IMG/VR virus record: IMGVR_UViG_648276662_000018
DNA: 7,135 bases
Strand: one strand, 5' to 3'
Origin: a virus
Lineage: Duplodnaviria; Heunggongvirae; Uroviricota; Caudoviricetes
The notes under the pieces were generated by a model. The model was not told where the DNA came from. It saw only the letters and a list, made by a program, of their open reading frames with translations, and made no database searches. Position 1 is the first letter of the stretch. Each line of letters begins with the position of its first letter. This document shows, piece by piece, positions 1 to 6,565 of this stretch. Position numbers and translations under genes: made by a program.

Positions 1-12
1 CATGATCGGGGA

Positions 13-32
13 AGACCCTTTTATATACAGTA
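13..32 (-). promoter_or_regulatory. Possible LexA (SOS box) half-site in the region downstream of dacD, presumed promoter of the next gene leftward
   Basis: Minus-strand reading is TACTGTATATAAAAGGGTCT: a perfect CTGT-AT-rich half of the CTGT-N8-ACAG SOS box, but the partner half is GGGT rather than ACAG. In K-12 the neighbour here is the SOS-inducible sbmC (recalled from memory, not visible in the window). Confidence 0.25.
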
Positions 33-116
33 TAGTTGCAATATTAAAACCACAAGGAATGAGTGTTGATTATGCGAGCAGACTCGCACTCCTGCCAGTC
101 TGCTGCAAAAGAAAGG

Positions 117-1289
117 TCAGTCCTTATGGTGGAAATAATCACTCAGCCGGGAAAACATGCTGCCTTCCCCGACAGATTCCAGGGTAACCAGCGGCCAGTG
201 CGCCACCTGTTTATCACGGTCGTAAAGTTCAATTTCCCCTACCCGCTGATGGGCGCTAATTGGCGCGGTGAGTTCTTTACCATCAAGGGTATATTTGGCT
301 TTGATATGTGGAATTTCGGCTTTCGGTAGCACCATCCAGAACTCTTGTTCCGTTCCCAGGGCGATATTTTCTTTATCGCCATACCAGATGCGTTCCGTAC
401 CAACCTTTTTCCCACGGTGCAAAATTTGCACCGTAGTAAAGTTTTGTTGACCCCAACGCAGTAATTTTCTTGCCTCTTCCTCACGACCTTTTGCGCTGTC
501 AGCCCCCATTACCACTGCAATGAGACGACGCTGCCCATCTACAGCCGAAGCAATGAGATTAAACCCGGCACCAGAAGTATGACCCGTTTTCAGGCCGTCA
601 ACATTCATGGTTTTATCCCACAATAACCCGTTACGGTTTTGCTGGGTGATACCGTTCCAGGTGAGGCTTTTCTCACTGTACATATGATAAAACTCGGGCT
701 CGCCGTGGATGATAGCGCGAGAAAGCACAGCTAAATCATAAGCCGAGCTATGCTGGCCAGGTGCATCCAGACCATGCACTGTTTCAAAATGCGTATCCTT
801 GAGATGCAGCTTCTCGGCATAGTTGTTCATCATTTCAACAAACTGCCGTTGCCCACCGGCAATATAGTCAGCCAGTGCAACACAAGCGTCATTTCCGGAA
901 TCCACAATTAAACCACGGCTTAAATCACGTACCGATACGCGATCGCCCTCTTTCAAAAACATCAGTGAAGAACCGACAAACACCGGATTATCTTTCGCCC
1001 ACGCATCACGCCCCACGGTGACAATATCGTCTGGCGTAATGCGATGACTATCGATAGCGCGATCCACGACATAGCCCGTCATCAGCTTTGTCAGGCTGGC
1101 GGGATTGCGCTGTTGATGCTCATTACCCGCGGTGAGAATCTGACCGGTGGTGTAATCCATCAATACCCAGGACCCGGCATGAATCTCTGGAGGTTGAGGT
1201 GAAAAAGGAATGTTTTCCGCCGCAAAACCAGACGATAAATTAAAAACGAACAAAGAAGCAGCAATAATAAGACGGCGTTTCAACAGCAA
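117..1289 (-). CDS. dacD: D-alanyl-D-alanine carboxypeptidase, penicillin-binding protein 6b (DacD)
   Basis: 390-aa ORF with N-terminal signal peptide (MLLKRRLIIAASLFVFNLSSGFA) and the three PBP active-site motifs SxxK (SLTK), SxN (SGN) and KTG (KTGHT). Sequence recognised as E. coli DacD. Apparent TTG start at 1287-1289 preceded by GAGGG; stop TGA at 117-119. Confidence 0.93.
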   Translation of the reverse strand: MLLKRRLIIAASLFVFNLSSGFAAENIPFSPQPPEIHAGSWVLMDYTTGQILTAGNEHQQRNPASLTKLMTGYVVDRAIDSHRITPDDIVTVGRDAWAKDNPVFVGSSLMFLKEGDRVSVRDLSRGLIVDSGNDACVALADYIAGGQRQFVEMMNNYAEKLHLKDTHFETVHGLDAPGQHSSAYDLAVLSRAIIHGEPEFYHMYSEKSLTWNGITQQNRNGLLWDKTMNVDGLKTGHTSGAGFNLIASAVDGQRRLIAVVMGADSAKGREEEARKLLRWGQQNFTTVQILHRGKKVGTERIWYGDKENIALGTEQEFWMVLPKAEIPHIKAKYTLDGKELTAPISAHQRVGEIELYDRDKQVAHWPLVTLESVGEGSMFSRLSDYFHHKD

Positions 1290-1491
1290 ACCCTCAGGAG
1301 TTTCAAATAGCTGTTCTTTTTACGGAAATACTTATGAACTGGCTGGAATAAAGTGCAAGAAAATGTGACTACCCTCTCATTTTTATCTGACATGATCTGT
1401 TGCCACTCGCTGCCAAATTGTCGCGCTAAAGCTGATTAGCACGGTGATATTTGATACTCTGGCAGACAGCAGAAACAACGGATTTAACCTA
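1290..1491. promoter_or_regulatory. dacD-sbcB divergent intergenic region (promoters of both genes presumed here; individual elements not resolved)
   Basis: About 200 bp between the divergent dacD start (1289, minus) and the sbcB start (1492, plus), matching the K-12 gene arrangement as recalled. No clean -35/-10 pair could be assigned by eye. Confidence 0.4.
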
Positions 1492-1554
1492 ATGATGAAT
1501 GACGGTAAGCAACAATCTACCTTTTTGTTTCACGATTACGCGAAACACCCCTGA
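1492..1554 (+). pseudogene. sbcB: 5' fragment of sbcB (exonuclease I), truncated by prophage insertion
   Basis: ATGATGAATGACGGTAAGCAACAATCTACCTTTTTGTTTCACGATTAC translates to MMNDGKQQSTFLFHDY, the ExoI N-terminus up to the DEDDh catalytic motif. The frame then reads AKHP and stops at TGA 1552-1554 instead of continuing as ETFGTHPALDRP (ExoI sequence recalled from memory). Confidence 0.7.
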
Positions 1555-1835
1555 GAACCGCCATGAACAAGGGTTTCATGATTTGTGATTTTAGTTTGGT
1601 ACGCAATTTGGTACACAACACAATTTTCACTTCAGCGGGTAGTCATCAAACTCACCATAACGAGCATCGTTAATGATGTATGTAATCACCACAAACATCA
1701 CATCTGGACTAGTTCCGTTTTCATGCGCAGGTATTTGTTCACGCCTCCCTTTCTGCAAATCCTAAAGATGAGATTTTGGGATTTTGGGATATCTTTTATC
1801 CTCAGTTCTCTATCCATTATGCAAACCAGTAATGA

Positions 1836-1854
1836 ACTATCACCGTGTGATAGT
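1836..1854. promoter_or_regulatory. Operator-like palindrome ACTATCAC-CGT-GTGATAGT (8-bp perfect arms, 3-bp centre) in the non-coding prophage arm
   Basis: Arms at 1836-1843 and 1847-1854 are exact reverse complements. The left arm plus centre (TATCACCG) equals the phage lambda cI operator half-site consensus as recalled. The sequence is certain; function is unassigned. Confidence 0.4.
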
Positions 1855-1911
1855 GAGGCATCTGCCACGATAAGCGCAGAGAAATGATGCAGTGATGGGC
1901 GGACTGGCTTG

Positions 1912-1935
1912 ATGAAAAGGTGGCGTAATGCCACC
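1912..1935 (-). terminator. Candidate intrinsic terminator downstream of the tailspike gene
   Basis: On the minus strand: GGUGGC-AUUAC-GCCACC hairpin (1919-1935) followed by UUUU (1915-1918), about 40 nt after the tailspike stop. Short stem and short U-tract, so moderate confidence. Confidence 0.5.
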
Positions 1936-1974
1936 CAAATAGCGGACACTTATACCTATGCCAATATCACAGAC

Positions 1975-4662
1975 CTATTCCACAACATCATCTTCTATCA
2001 ATTCAGCCTTATTTAGTTGTTCCTTAAGCTTATTCCATGCAGAATCCTCAGGCATCTGTACTCGCACAGAAACGAATTGATTAGCAGGAATGTCGATCGG
2101 GTCACCGTTCGAAACACCAGGGATGTCGTTACGTGCAAAAACTGGCGAGTTATCGTGAGTGCGGTGAAACGTTTTCACCAACACAGATCCATCTTGGTTA
2201 ACAACATAATCCAGCCAGATGAGCGGCTGCTTGTTTCGGTCCTGCGGTATTTCAAATCCACCATCAATCCCCCCCCATGAAGCATCTGCATTCAGACCTA
2301 CGCAACCCTCAATCAGATATTCCCCCAATGCCAGCCGTGTGACGGTTACCCCATCTGATTCGCGATTTGTTTCACTACTACCGTCTGAGAAAATCTTCAC
2401 AACCGGAGAGGCTTTTTTGATGAAACCACTTGAATCGACGGTCGTGTTCAGCGACGACCATGCCTCAGCCCAGCCTGTGTTACCTGCGCGAATAGCATCG
2501 TCTGCGTAGCGGAAGAACAGTTTTGATGTTGTGGACATGAATATCTGCAACACACGGTTTTTTGCATATCCTGACTCCCATAATGCTCCGTTACCTGTTC
2601 CTTCTGGCTGCCAGTTTGTCACCCCACCTGCAGCTCCTATACTTACACCAGTAGACCAGTCTCCAGCAAATTCTGGAAGATTTAGTGAGTTAGGTGAGCG
2701 AATTGATACATCAACCAGACCAGGGGATCCGAGAATCGACATGCTGCGGGAGGACACCTTAGTAAAAGAGTTGTACCCGCCGTTTTTGGAAATCCTTCCT
2801 GTATAATTATTAGCCCTGTTAGTTCCATTAACTGTAATTTCCCAGGTATCGCCGTTGATGAAGTCGATCTGCAATAGGCAGAATGCTGGCAGCGTCATCT
2901 GTCCTGGCGCAGATGGCCCACCTTCAAACAGTGGCATATCCTGTTCAAGATATGTCACATATCTACCTGCATCTGTATTCCGCAAATAGTCACAAATAGC
3001 CTGTGCCGATGTAAATAGCGCAATACCATCAGCCGGGTTTACAGGGTGACGGCCAGCGTTAATCACCCTTCCGCGAGGGTTAAATAACTGTGATGAGGCA
3101 TTGGATAGCGGAGTCATGTCTACTGTTCCAGGTTCATTAGATGGACAGTTAGCGCGAATGATGTTTAAAGTCCTATAATTTGATCCGCCCCCATTGTCAT
3201 AGCGAATAGACTGTAGAAGATACAATTCCTCAGAGCCAGAAATATCACAAGACTGCACCCCCTCATTTTCAGTGGAGTAAACACTCTTCCCTGAATAACT
3301 ATCCCAGTATGTTTTGAAATCTGCAGGTGACAGCAGGTACTGACCTAATTCTGAACCATTAAGGCTGTACTCAATATAACCCTGCAACCCTGCGAAAGTA
3401 TTTCCAGATCCCGCCGTGGTAGATGCACCAATACCAGCAAATATCCGTTGAGAACCAAGAGCGACACCCTGCCGTTTTGGTTTACCGGCTCCGCGACCTC
3501 CAACATTTGCATCAACCGTAATAGTCCCCATTGGACTGTAAGATCCTTCTATAAGGCTGTTAATATCCAGTGTGTTAAAGATATTGGATACACCTGTCTC
3601 AACATCAAAAATTTTCGGCCAACCCATATCCGCATTTTCGTATATCAGGGTATTACCAAAGCCACTAAACTGATATCGCACTCCAAGGCGTGTTGATTCA
3701 GTGAAGTTTGTAATCTGCGTTTTATCAACCAGTGTACGCGGATCTTCGATAGGGTAAATTCTGATAGTGCGAGATGGGCTGTACGGCAGCAGGATGTAAC
3801 GCTGTCCTGCCACTCGGTAAACGTGGATGCCTTCTGGTGCACCAACGTTATTCGGAAAATGAAGACGTGTTACCAATGCTCCTGTTACCCAGTCATGCAC
3901 CGTAACCCATACCGATGCGGGGTCTAGCGTCTGCCAGCCGATGTATACCATTCCATCATTGCTGTCTATGTAAATCCCCTGAAATCCCATGGTCGTGTAA
4001 CCATACTGATCTTTAAGATCTGCGGTAATCTCATCGTCTATGATGCTGAATTCTAATTTCCAGTTCAGCGGCCTACGCGTACCACTGACATGCCTGGAAA
4101 TATGAGACAGGTAGCTTTTAACCCCGCCTGCGATAATGTATCTATGTTTGATCTCAGTAACAATTCCAGTTGCAACTGGAGTGCATTTATAGACGCCGCC
4201 GTTTATTCTAATAAAATTGGTTCCTGTTAGATTATCCCCAATGGCAACGTCTTTTCTACTATTCTTAAACGTCCCATTACCTAAGTCAGTAACAAGCAAT
4301 GCCCCTTCTACATATTTCAATGACTGATCAGGGTCATACTTCAGCACATTAGGAAAATAGAACTGCTGTGTACCATACGCATCATAAACAGCCATAGAAT
4401 GGCCTTGCACGGTAACGAATTTGGCAATCTGTCCGTTATATACTGGATACCCTGCGGCATTGATGACGATTGGCTGTGCAACAGGAACGTGAGAGCCGTC
4501 TTCGTTTTCCACATAAACCTGAATCTGGTTTTCTGGATTTACAGGATCAGTGTCAATTTTACCGATATAAATTTTGCCATTGGCTACGGCTTTAAAAGAA
4601 CGCGCCATAGTGAAGAGTTGCGAAGGCATCGATACGATCACATTGGCTGTAATGTCTGTCAT
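1975..4662 (-). CDS. Phage tailspike protein: P22 gp9-type N-terminal head-binding domain fused to a divergent receptor-binding/enzymatic body
   Basis: 895-aa ORF. The first ~115 aa ([11 protein letters not shown]...[26 protein letters not shown]...ENEDGSHV...[13 protein letters not shown]...NVLKYDPDQ) closely match the P22 tailspike head-binding domain as recalled. ATG at 4660-4662 with GGAG 9 nt upstream; stop TAG at 1975-1977. Confidence 0.9.
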   Translation of the reverse strand: MTDITANVIVSMPSQLFTMARSFKAVANGKIYIGKIDTDPVNPENQIQVYVENEDGSHVPVAQPIVINAAGYPVYNGQIAKFVTVQGHSMAVYDAYGTQQFYFPNVLKYDPDQSLKYVEGALLVTDLGNGTFKNSRKDVAIGDNLTGTNFIRINGGVYKCTPVATGIVTEIKHRYIIAGGVKSYLSHISRHVSGTRRPLNWKLEFSIIDDEITADLKDQYGYTTMGFQGIYIDSNDGMVYIGWQTLDPASVWVTVHDWVTGALVTRLHFPNNVGAPEGIHVYRVAGQRYILLPYSPSRTIRIYPIEDPRTLVDKTQITNFTESTRLGVRYQFSGFGNTLIYENADMGWPKIFDVETGVSNIFNTLDINSLIEGSYSPMGTITVDANVGGRGAGKPKRQGVALGSQRIFAGIGASTTAGSGNTFAGLQGYIEYSLNGSELGQYLLSPADFKTYWDSYSGKSVYSTENEGVQSCDISGSEELYLLQSIRYDNGGGSNYRTLNIIRANCPSNEPGTVDMTPLSNASSQLFNPRGRVINAGRHPVNPADGIALFTSAQAICDYLRNTDAGRYVTYLEQDMPLFEGGPSAPGQMTLPAFCLLQIDFINGDTWEITVNGTNRANNYTGRISKNGGYNSFTKVSSRSMSILGSPGLVDVSIRSPNSLNLPEFAGDWSTGVSIGAAGGVTNWQPEGTGNGALWESGYAKNRVLQIFMSTTSKLFFRYADDAIRAGNTGWAEAWSSLNTTVDSSGFIKKASPVVKIFSDGSSETNRESDGVTVTRLALGEYLIEGCVGLNADASWGGIDGGFEIPQDRNKQPLIWLDYVVNQDGSVLVKTFHRTHDNSPVFARNDIPGVSNGDPIDIPANQFVSVRVQMPEDSAWNKLKEQLNKAELIEDDVVE

Positions 4663-4728
4663 TTAATTTGCTCCAGATACAAGGAATCGCCGCAGCATGG
4701 CTACGGCTGGTATTTGTTTGGTTTTTGA

Positions 4729-4747
4729 ACTACGAAAATTTCGTAGT
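4729..4747. repeat. 19-bp palindrome ACTACGAAA-A-TTTCGTAGT upstream of the tailspike start
   Basis: 9-bp perfect inverted arms around a single central base, 67-85 bp upstream of the tailspike ATG and downstream of the ant terminator. No T-tract follows on either strand, so more likely a protein-binding site or RNA structure than a terminator. Confidence 0.35.
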
Positions 4748-4798
4748 GCTATCCATCAAGGCCATCGCCGCTTAGTTGCTGCGGTGAATTTTGGGCAT

Positions 4799-4821
4799 AA
4801 AAAAACCCAGCCGAAGCTGGG
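4799..4821 (-). terminator. Intrinsic terminator between ant and the tailspike gene
   Basis: On the minus strand: GC-rich 6-bp stem CCCAGC/GCUGGG with a UUCG tetraloop, immediately followed by U7 (4799-4805), about 45 nt after the ant stop. The plus-strand version has no U-tract. Confidence 0.8.
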
Positions 4822-4862
4822 TCGTTGCGTTGGTTATTGACCTACACTTTTCGTGCAGGTAG

Positions 4863-5786
4863 TTAAAGTTTAATTGAGTGGCACGCTCTATCACGTATCG
4901 CTGCGAATGAAGCTATCTCTTTAAGTGCCCAGCTTTGCTCAGCAATTAAATGGCGAAGTGCTTTTAGCTCGGCTCTTACTGCTGAAACGTCATACCCCGC
5001 TTTTGTCAGAATATCGATTAGTTTATACGCCGGACTGCATTCAACGAGTGCGCTGCGGTCAAGAGCAACAGTATCACCGCATTGCTGCCTGATAATGGCG
5101 TAAGGTGCATTTTCAGAAAACCATGAAATCGGGAAGTTAATATCCAGTTTTGGCGCTGGTAACTCTTCTTGCTTGCCAATGAACTCACCTTCAAGCGGAA
5201 CTCGAGCTGCAAGTGACAGTGCTTCGGTAAACTGCTCCTCACTGATTTCTTTATATGAACATCCAAAATGGGATTTCAGTGACGACCACATGGTGATCAT
5301 CGCCTTAGCCTGTTTTTCTTTTGGCAGAGACTGACCGCGACTCATGACGAGTTGTTTAATGGCTTCCTGCTGTTCAGTGGTAATTTTACCCGGCAACGCC
5401 TTTTTAGCTTTGCGTGGGTTAACTACATGACCTTTAGTCCAGTACTCGTAGAGCACATCGTCACACTCTTCCTGATACTGGATTACCTTGTCGCGGATTT
5501 CAGGGCGGACTTTGTTTGGCTGAATGCTTGAAAGCCAAGCCGCAAACTTACGAAAGGCAAGGCATATCATTAACTGTTTACCGCCAGCAGAAGGTATTTC
5601 GATTTCCGAAATACCTTTGACAAATCTCTGTTTTAATTTAACAAATTGAGCAGCCCAAACCATACCCATGCCTTCTACAACGGGTTTCATAGGAACGTAA
5701 GGTTCATTGTTAATGCTGACCAAAAAGAGATTTGTTCCGTGGAATGGAACGTTGATTGTATGTTCTGCAATTGCTACACTCGTCAT
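4863..5786 (-). CDS. ant: Phage antirepressor (Ant-like)
   Basis: 307-aa ORF immediately downstream of arc in the same orientation and upstream of the tailspike, matching P22 immI synteny and the size of P22 Ant (~300 aa). AGGAA about 9 nt upstream of ATG 5784-5786. Assignment rests on synteny and size, not on recalled sequence. Confidence 0.75.
   Translation of the reverse strand: MTSVAIAEHTINVPFHGTNLFLVSINNEPYVPMKPVVEGMGMVWAAQFVKLKQRFVKGISEIEIPSAGGKQLMICLAFRKFAAWLSSIQPNKVRPEIRDKVIQYQEECDDVLYEYWTKGHVVNPRKAKKALPGKITTEQQEAIKQLVMSRGQSLPKEKQAKAMITMWSSLKSHFGCSYKEISEEQFTEALSLAARVPLEGEFIGKQEELPAPKLDINFPISWFSENAPYAIIRQQCGDTVALDRSALVECSPAYKLIDILTKAGYDVSAVRAELKALRHLIAEQSWALKEIASFAAIRDRACHSIKL
5752..5780 (+). 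promoter_or_regulatory. Candidate promoter for a sar-like antisense RNA (within the first codons of ant, opposite strand)
   Basis: Plus strand: TTGATT (5752-5757), 17-bp spacer, TACACT (5775-5780). Predicted start ~5787, directly opposite the ant start codon and ribosome-binding site. Confidence 0.35.
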
Positions 5787-5858
5787 GTCGTTAATTCCTA
5801 TGCGTGGTTTTACGATACCGAAGCCCTGACTGTTCCCGCAGTTGGGGCTTCAACTTTC
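5787..5858 (+). ncRNA. Candidate sar-like small antisense RNA covering the ant ribosome-binding site
   Basis: Predicted ~70-nt plus-strand transcript ending at a 13-bp hairpin (5820-5832 paired with 5839-5851, 6-nt loop) followed by AACUUUCU. The stem contains two G-U wobble pairs that would be C-A mismatches on the minus-strand RNA, so the structure is favoured on the plus strand. P22 is known to make a ~68-nt antisense RNA (sar) at this position. Confidence 0.4.
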
Positions 5859-6053
5859 TGATCTATCAGTTATATCTTTCCCTTCATATACTTCACCTAT
5901 ATTGCTAATGCTGGCAGAACATCCAAGATGCTTGTATCTTATGATGTCCAACACGCAGTCACTACACAGCATCCGACCTGTTTCTTTAGAGTAAATGTAT
6001 GTTTGATCAGCGTCTGATTCGCTAATGCCGCAGAAACAACATTCTTTACTCAT
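5850..6053 (-). CDS. Small Cys-rich protein (putative zinc-ribbon), unknown function, inserted between arc and ant
   Basis: 67-aa ORF with CCxC near the N-terminus and CxxC about 21 residues later. Its ATG overlaps the arc stop as ATGA (6050-6053), indicating translational coupling; GAGGGGG lies ~9 nt upstream. P22 has no gene between arc and ant (as recalled). Confidence 0.6.
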   Translation of the reverse strand: MSKECCFCGISESDADQTYIYSKETGRMLCSDCVLDIIRYKHLGCSASISNIGEVYEGKDITDRSES

Positions 6054-6202
6054 ACCATTACCCCCTCTCTCTTCAAGCTGTCTATCAGGCGCTTGATAAC
6101 CTCTGAGTTAAACGACCTGCACTCTTCCTTTGCCCTGCTACCTATAGCATCCTTTAACGACTGCGGCATCCTTACCAAAATCTTACTTATTTCTTTCTCC
6201 AT
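6050..6202 (-). CDS. arc: Arc-like ribbon-helix-helix transcriptional repressor
   Basis: 50-aa product MEKEISKILVRMPQSLKDAIGSRAKEECRSFNSEVIKRLIDSLKREGVMV aligns with P22 Arc (R-P, GRSxNSE, KKEG pattern). Start set at ATG 6200-6202 with GGAGGG 6 nt upstream; the longer ORF beginning at 6238 has no ribosome-binding site. Confidence 0.85.
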   Translation of the reverse strand: MEKEISKILVRMPQSLKDAIGSRAKEECRSFNSEVIKRLIDSLKREGVMV

Positions 6203-6238
6203 GTTACCCTCCACACAAACAACTCTTTTCGAATACAA

Positions 6239-6267
6239 AAGATAGCAAAGTGAGTATATCTAGTCAA
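6239..6267 (-). promoter_or_regulatory. Candidate Pant-like promoter for the arc operon
   Basis: Minus strand: TTGACT (plus 6262-6267), 17-bp spacer, TATCTT (plus 6239-6244), about 40 nt upstream of the arc start. The -10 overlaps the left arm of the inverted repeat below. Confidence 0.45.
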
Positions 6268-6293
6268 AATTCTTTTGCATACACTTTGCTATC
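6241..6293. promoter_or_regulatory. Pair of 12-bp perfect inverted repeats (GATAGCAAAGTG ... CACTTTGCTATC) in the arc-mnt divergent control region; candidate Arc/Mnt operators
   Basis: Arms at 6241-6252 and 6282-6293 are exact reverse complements separated by 29 bp (centre-to-centre ~41 bp). They lie between the divergently transcribed arc (6202, minus) and mnt (6317, plus). Confidence 0.5.
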
Positions 6294-6316
6294 AAATTGA
6301 ATACCAAAGGTGTGAT

Positions 6317-6565
6317 ATGGCAAAGGGTGTGTCAATTTCTCCAACTACGGTAAGAATCCCTGAATCTTTACGCGAGGCTCTTGCTGTCAGAGCATCAAAA
6401 AATGGTCGCTCTGTTAACTCCGAGATCGTCATGATTTTGCAAGCCGCGATTGATGAAGATAGGTCGCCAAAGTCAGTTGAGTCATTTGCTCAGCAAGAAG
6501 CTGACAAATTCAAAGAGGCGCTGCTTGAGACGCTAAAGACCATGTATGGTAAGGATGAAAAATAA
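6317..6565 (+). CDS. mnt: Mnt-like ribbon-helix-helix repressor (maintenance of lysogeny)
   Basis: 82-aa product MAKGVSISPTTVRIPESLREALAVRASKNGRSVNSEIVMILQAAIDED... aligns with P22 Mnt (RxP, REAL, NGRSxNSE, C-terminal TLKxxYxK). Start ATG 6317-6319 with AAGGTG 4 nt upstream; the upstream in-frame extension from 6275 has no ribosome-binding site. Confidence 0.85.
   Translation: MAKGVSISPTTVRIPESLREALAVRASKNGRSVNSEIVMILQAAIDEDRSPKSVESFAQQEADKFKEALLETLKTMYGKDEK

Noticed and set aside
74-87. Short hairpin GCGAG-CAGA-CTCGC downstream of dacD as a possible dacD terminator
   Set aside because: Only a 5-bp stem and no U-tract on the minus strand; too weak to call.
2-484. Plus- and minus-strand ORFs 2..187, 63..329, 239..484 and 268..450 overlapping dacD
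   Set aside because: They lie inside or antisense to the well-supported dacD gene, have no ribosome-binding sites, and their translations are low-complexity with no recognisable motifs.
1836-1854. CRP-binding site interpretation of the TCAC...GTGA palindrome
   Set aside because: A CRP site is TGTGA-N6-TCACA; here the half-sites are in the inverse order and the spacing is wrong.
1585-1949. ORFs 1585..1887 (plus, 100 aa) and 1698..1949 (minus, 83 aa) in the prophage arm
   Set aside because: Both use GTG starts without Shine-Dalgarno sequences, overlap each other and the tailspike terminator hairpin, and translate to hydrophobic junk; the region is treated as non-coding.
1290-1975. A tRNA gene as the prophage integration target
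   Set aside because: No cloverleaf-like segment was recognised, and the truncated sbcB reading frame explains the insertion point.
2017-4728. Plus- and minus-strand ORFs 2017..2280, 2219..2509, 2531..2806, 3448..3696, 3645..3845 and 4399..4728 within or flanking the tailspike
   Set aside because: They are antisense or out-of-frame shadows of the 895-aa tailspike ORF with no independent start signals; 4399..4728 also runs through the tailspike start region.
5018-5861. ORFs 5018..5266 (minus) and 5646..5861 (plus) overlapping ant
   Set aside because: They are embedded in or antisense to ant with no ribosome-binding site. The plus-strand one overlaps the predicted sar-like RNA, which is interpreted as non-coding.
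6203-6316. N-terminal extensions of arc (to 6238) and mnt (from 6275) as given in the ORF track
   Set aside because: The extensions would place the start codons inside the divergent promoter/operator region without a ribosome-binding site, whereas the internal ATGs have strong ones and give lengths matching P22 Arc and Mnt.
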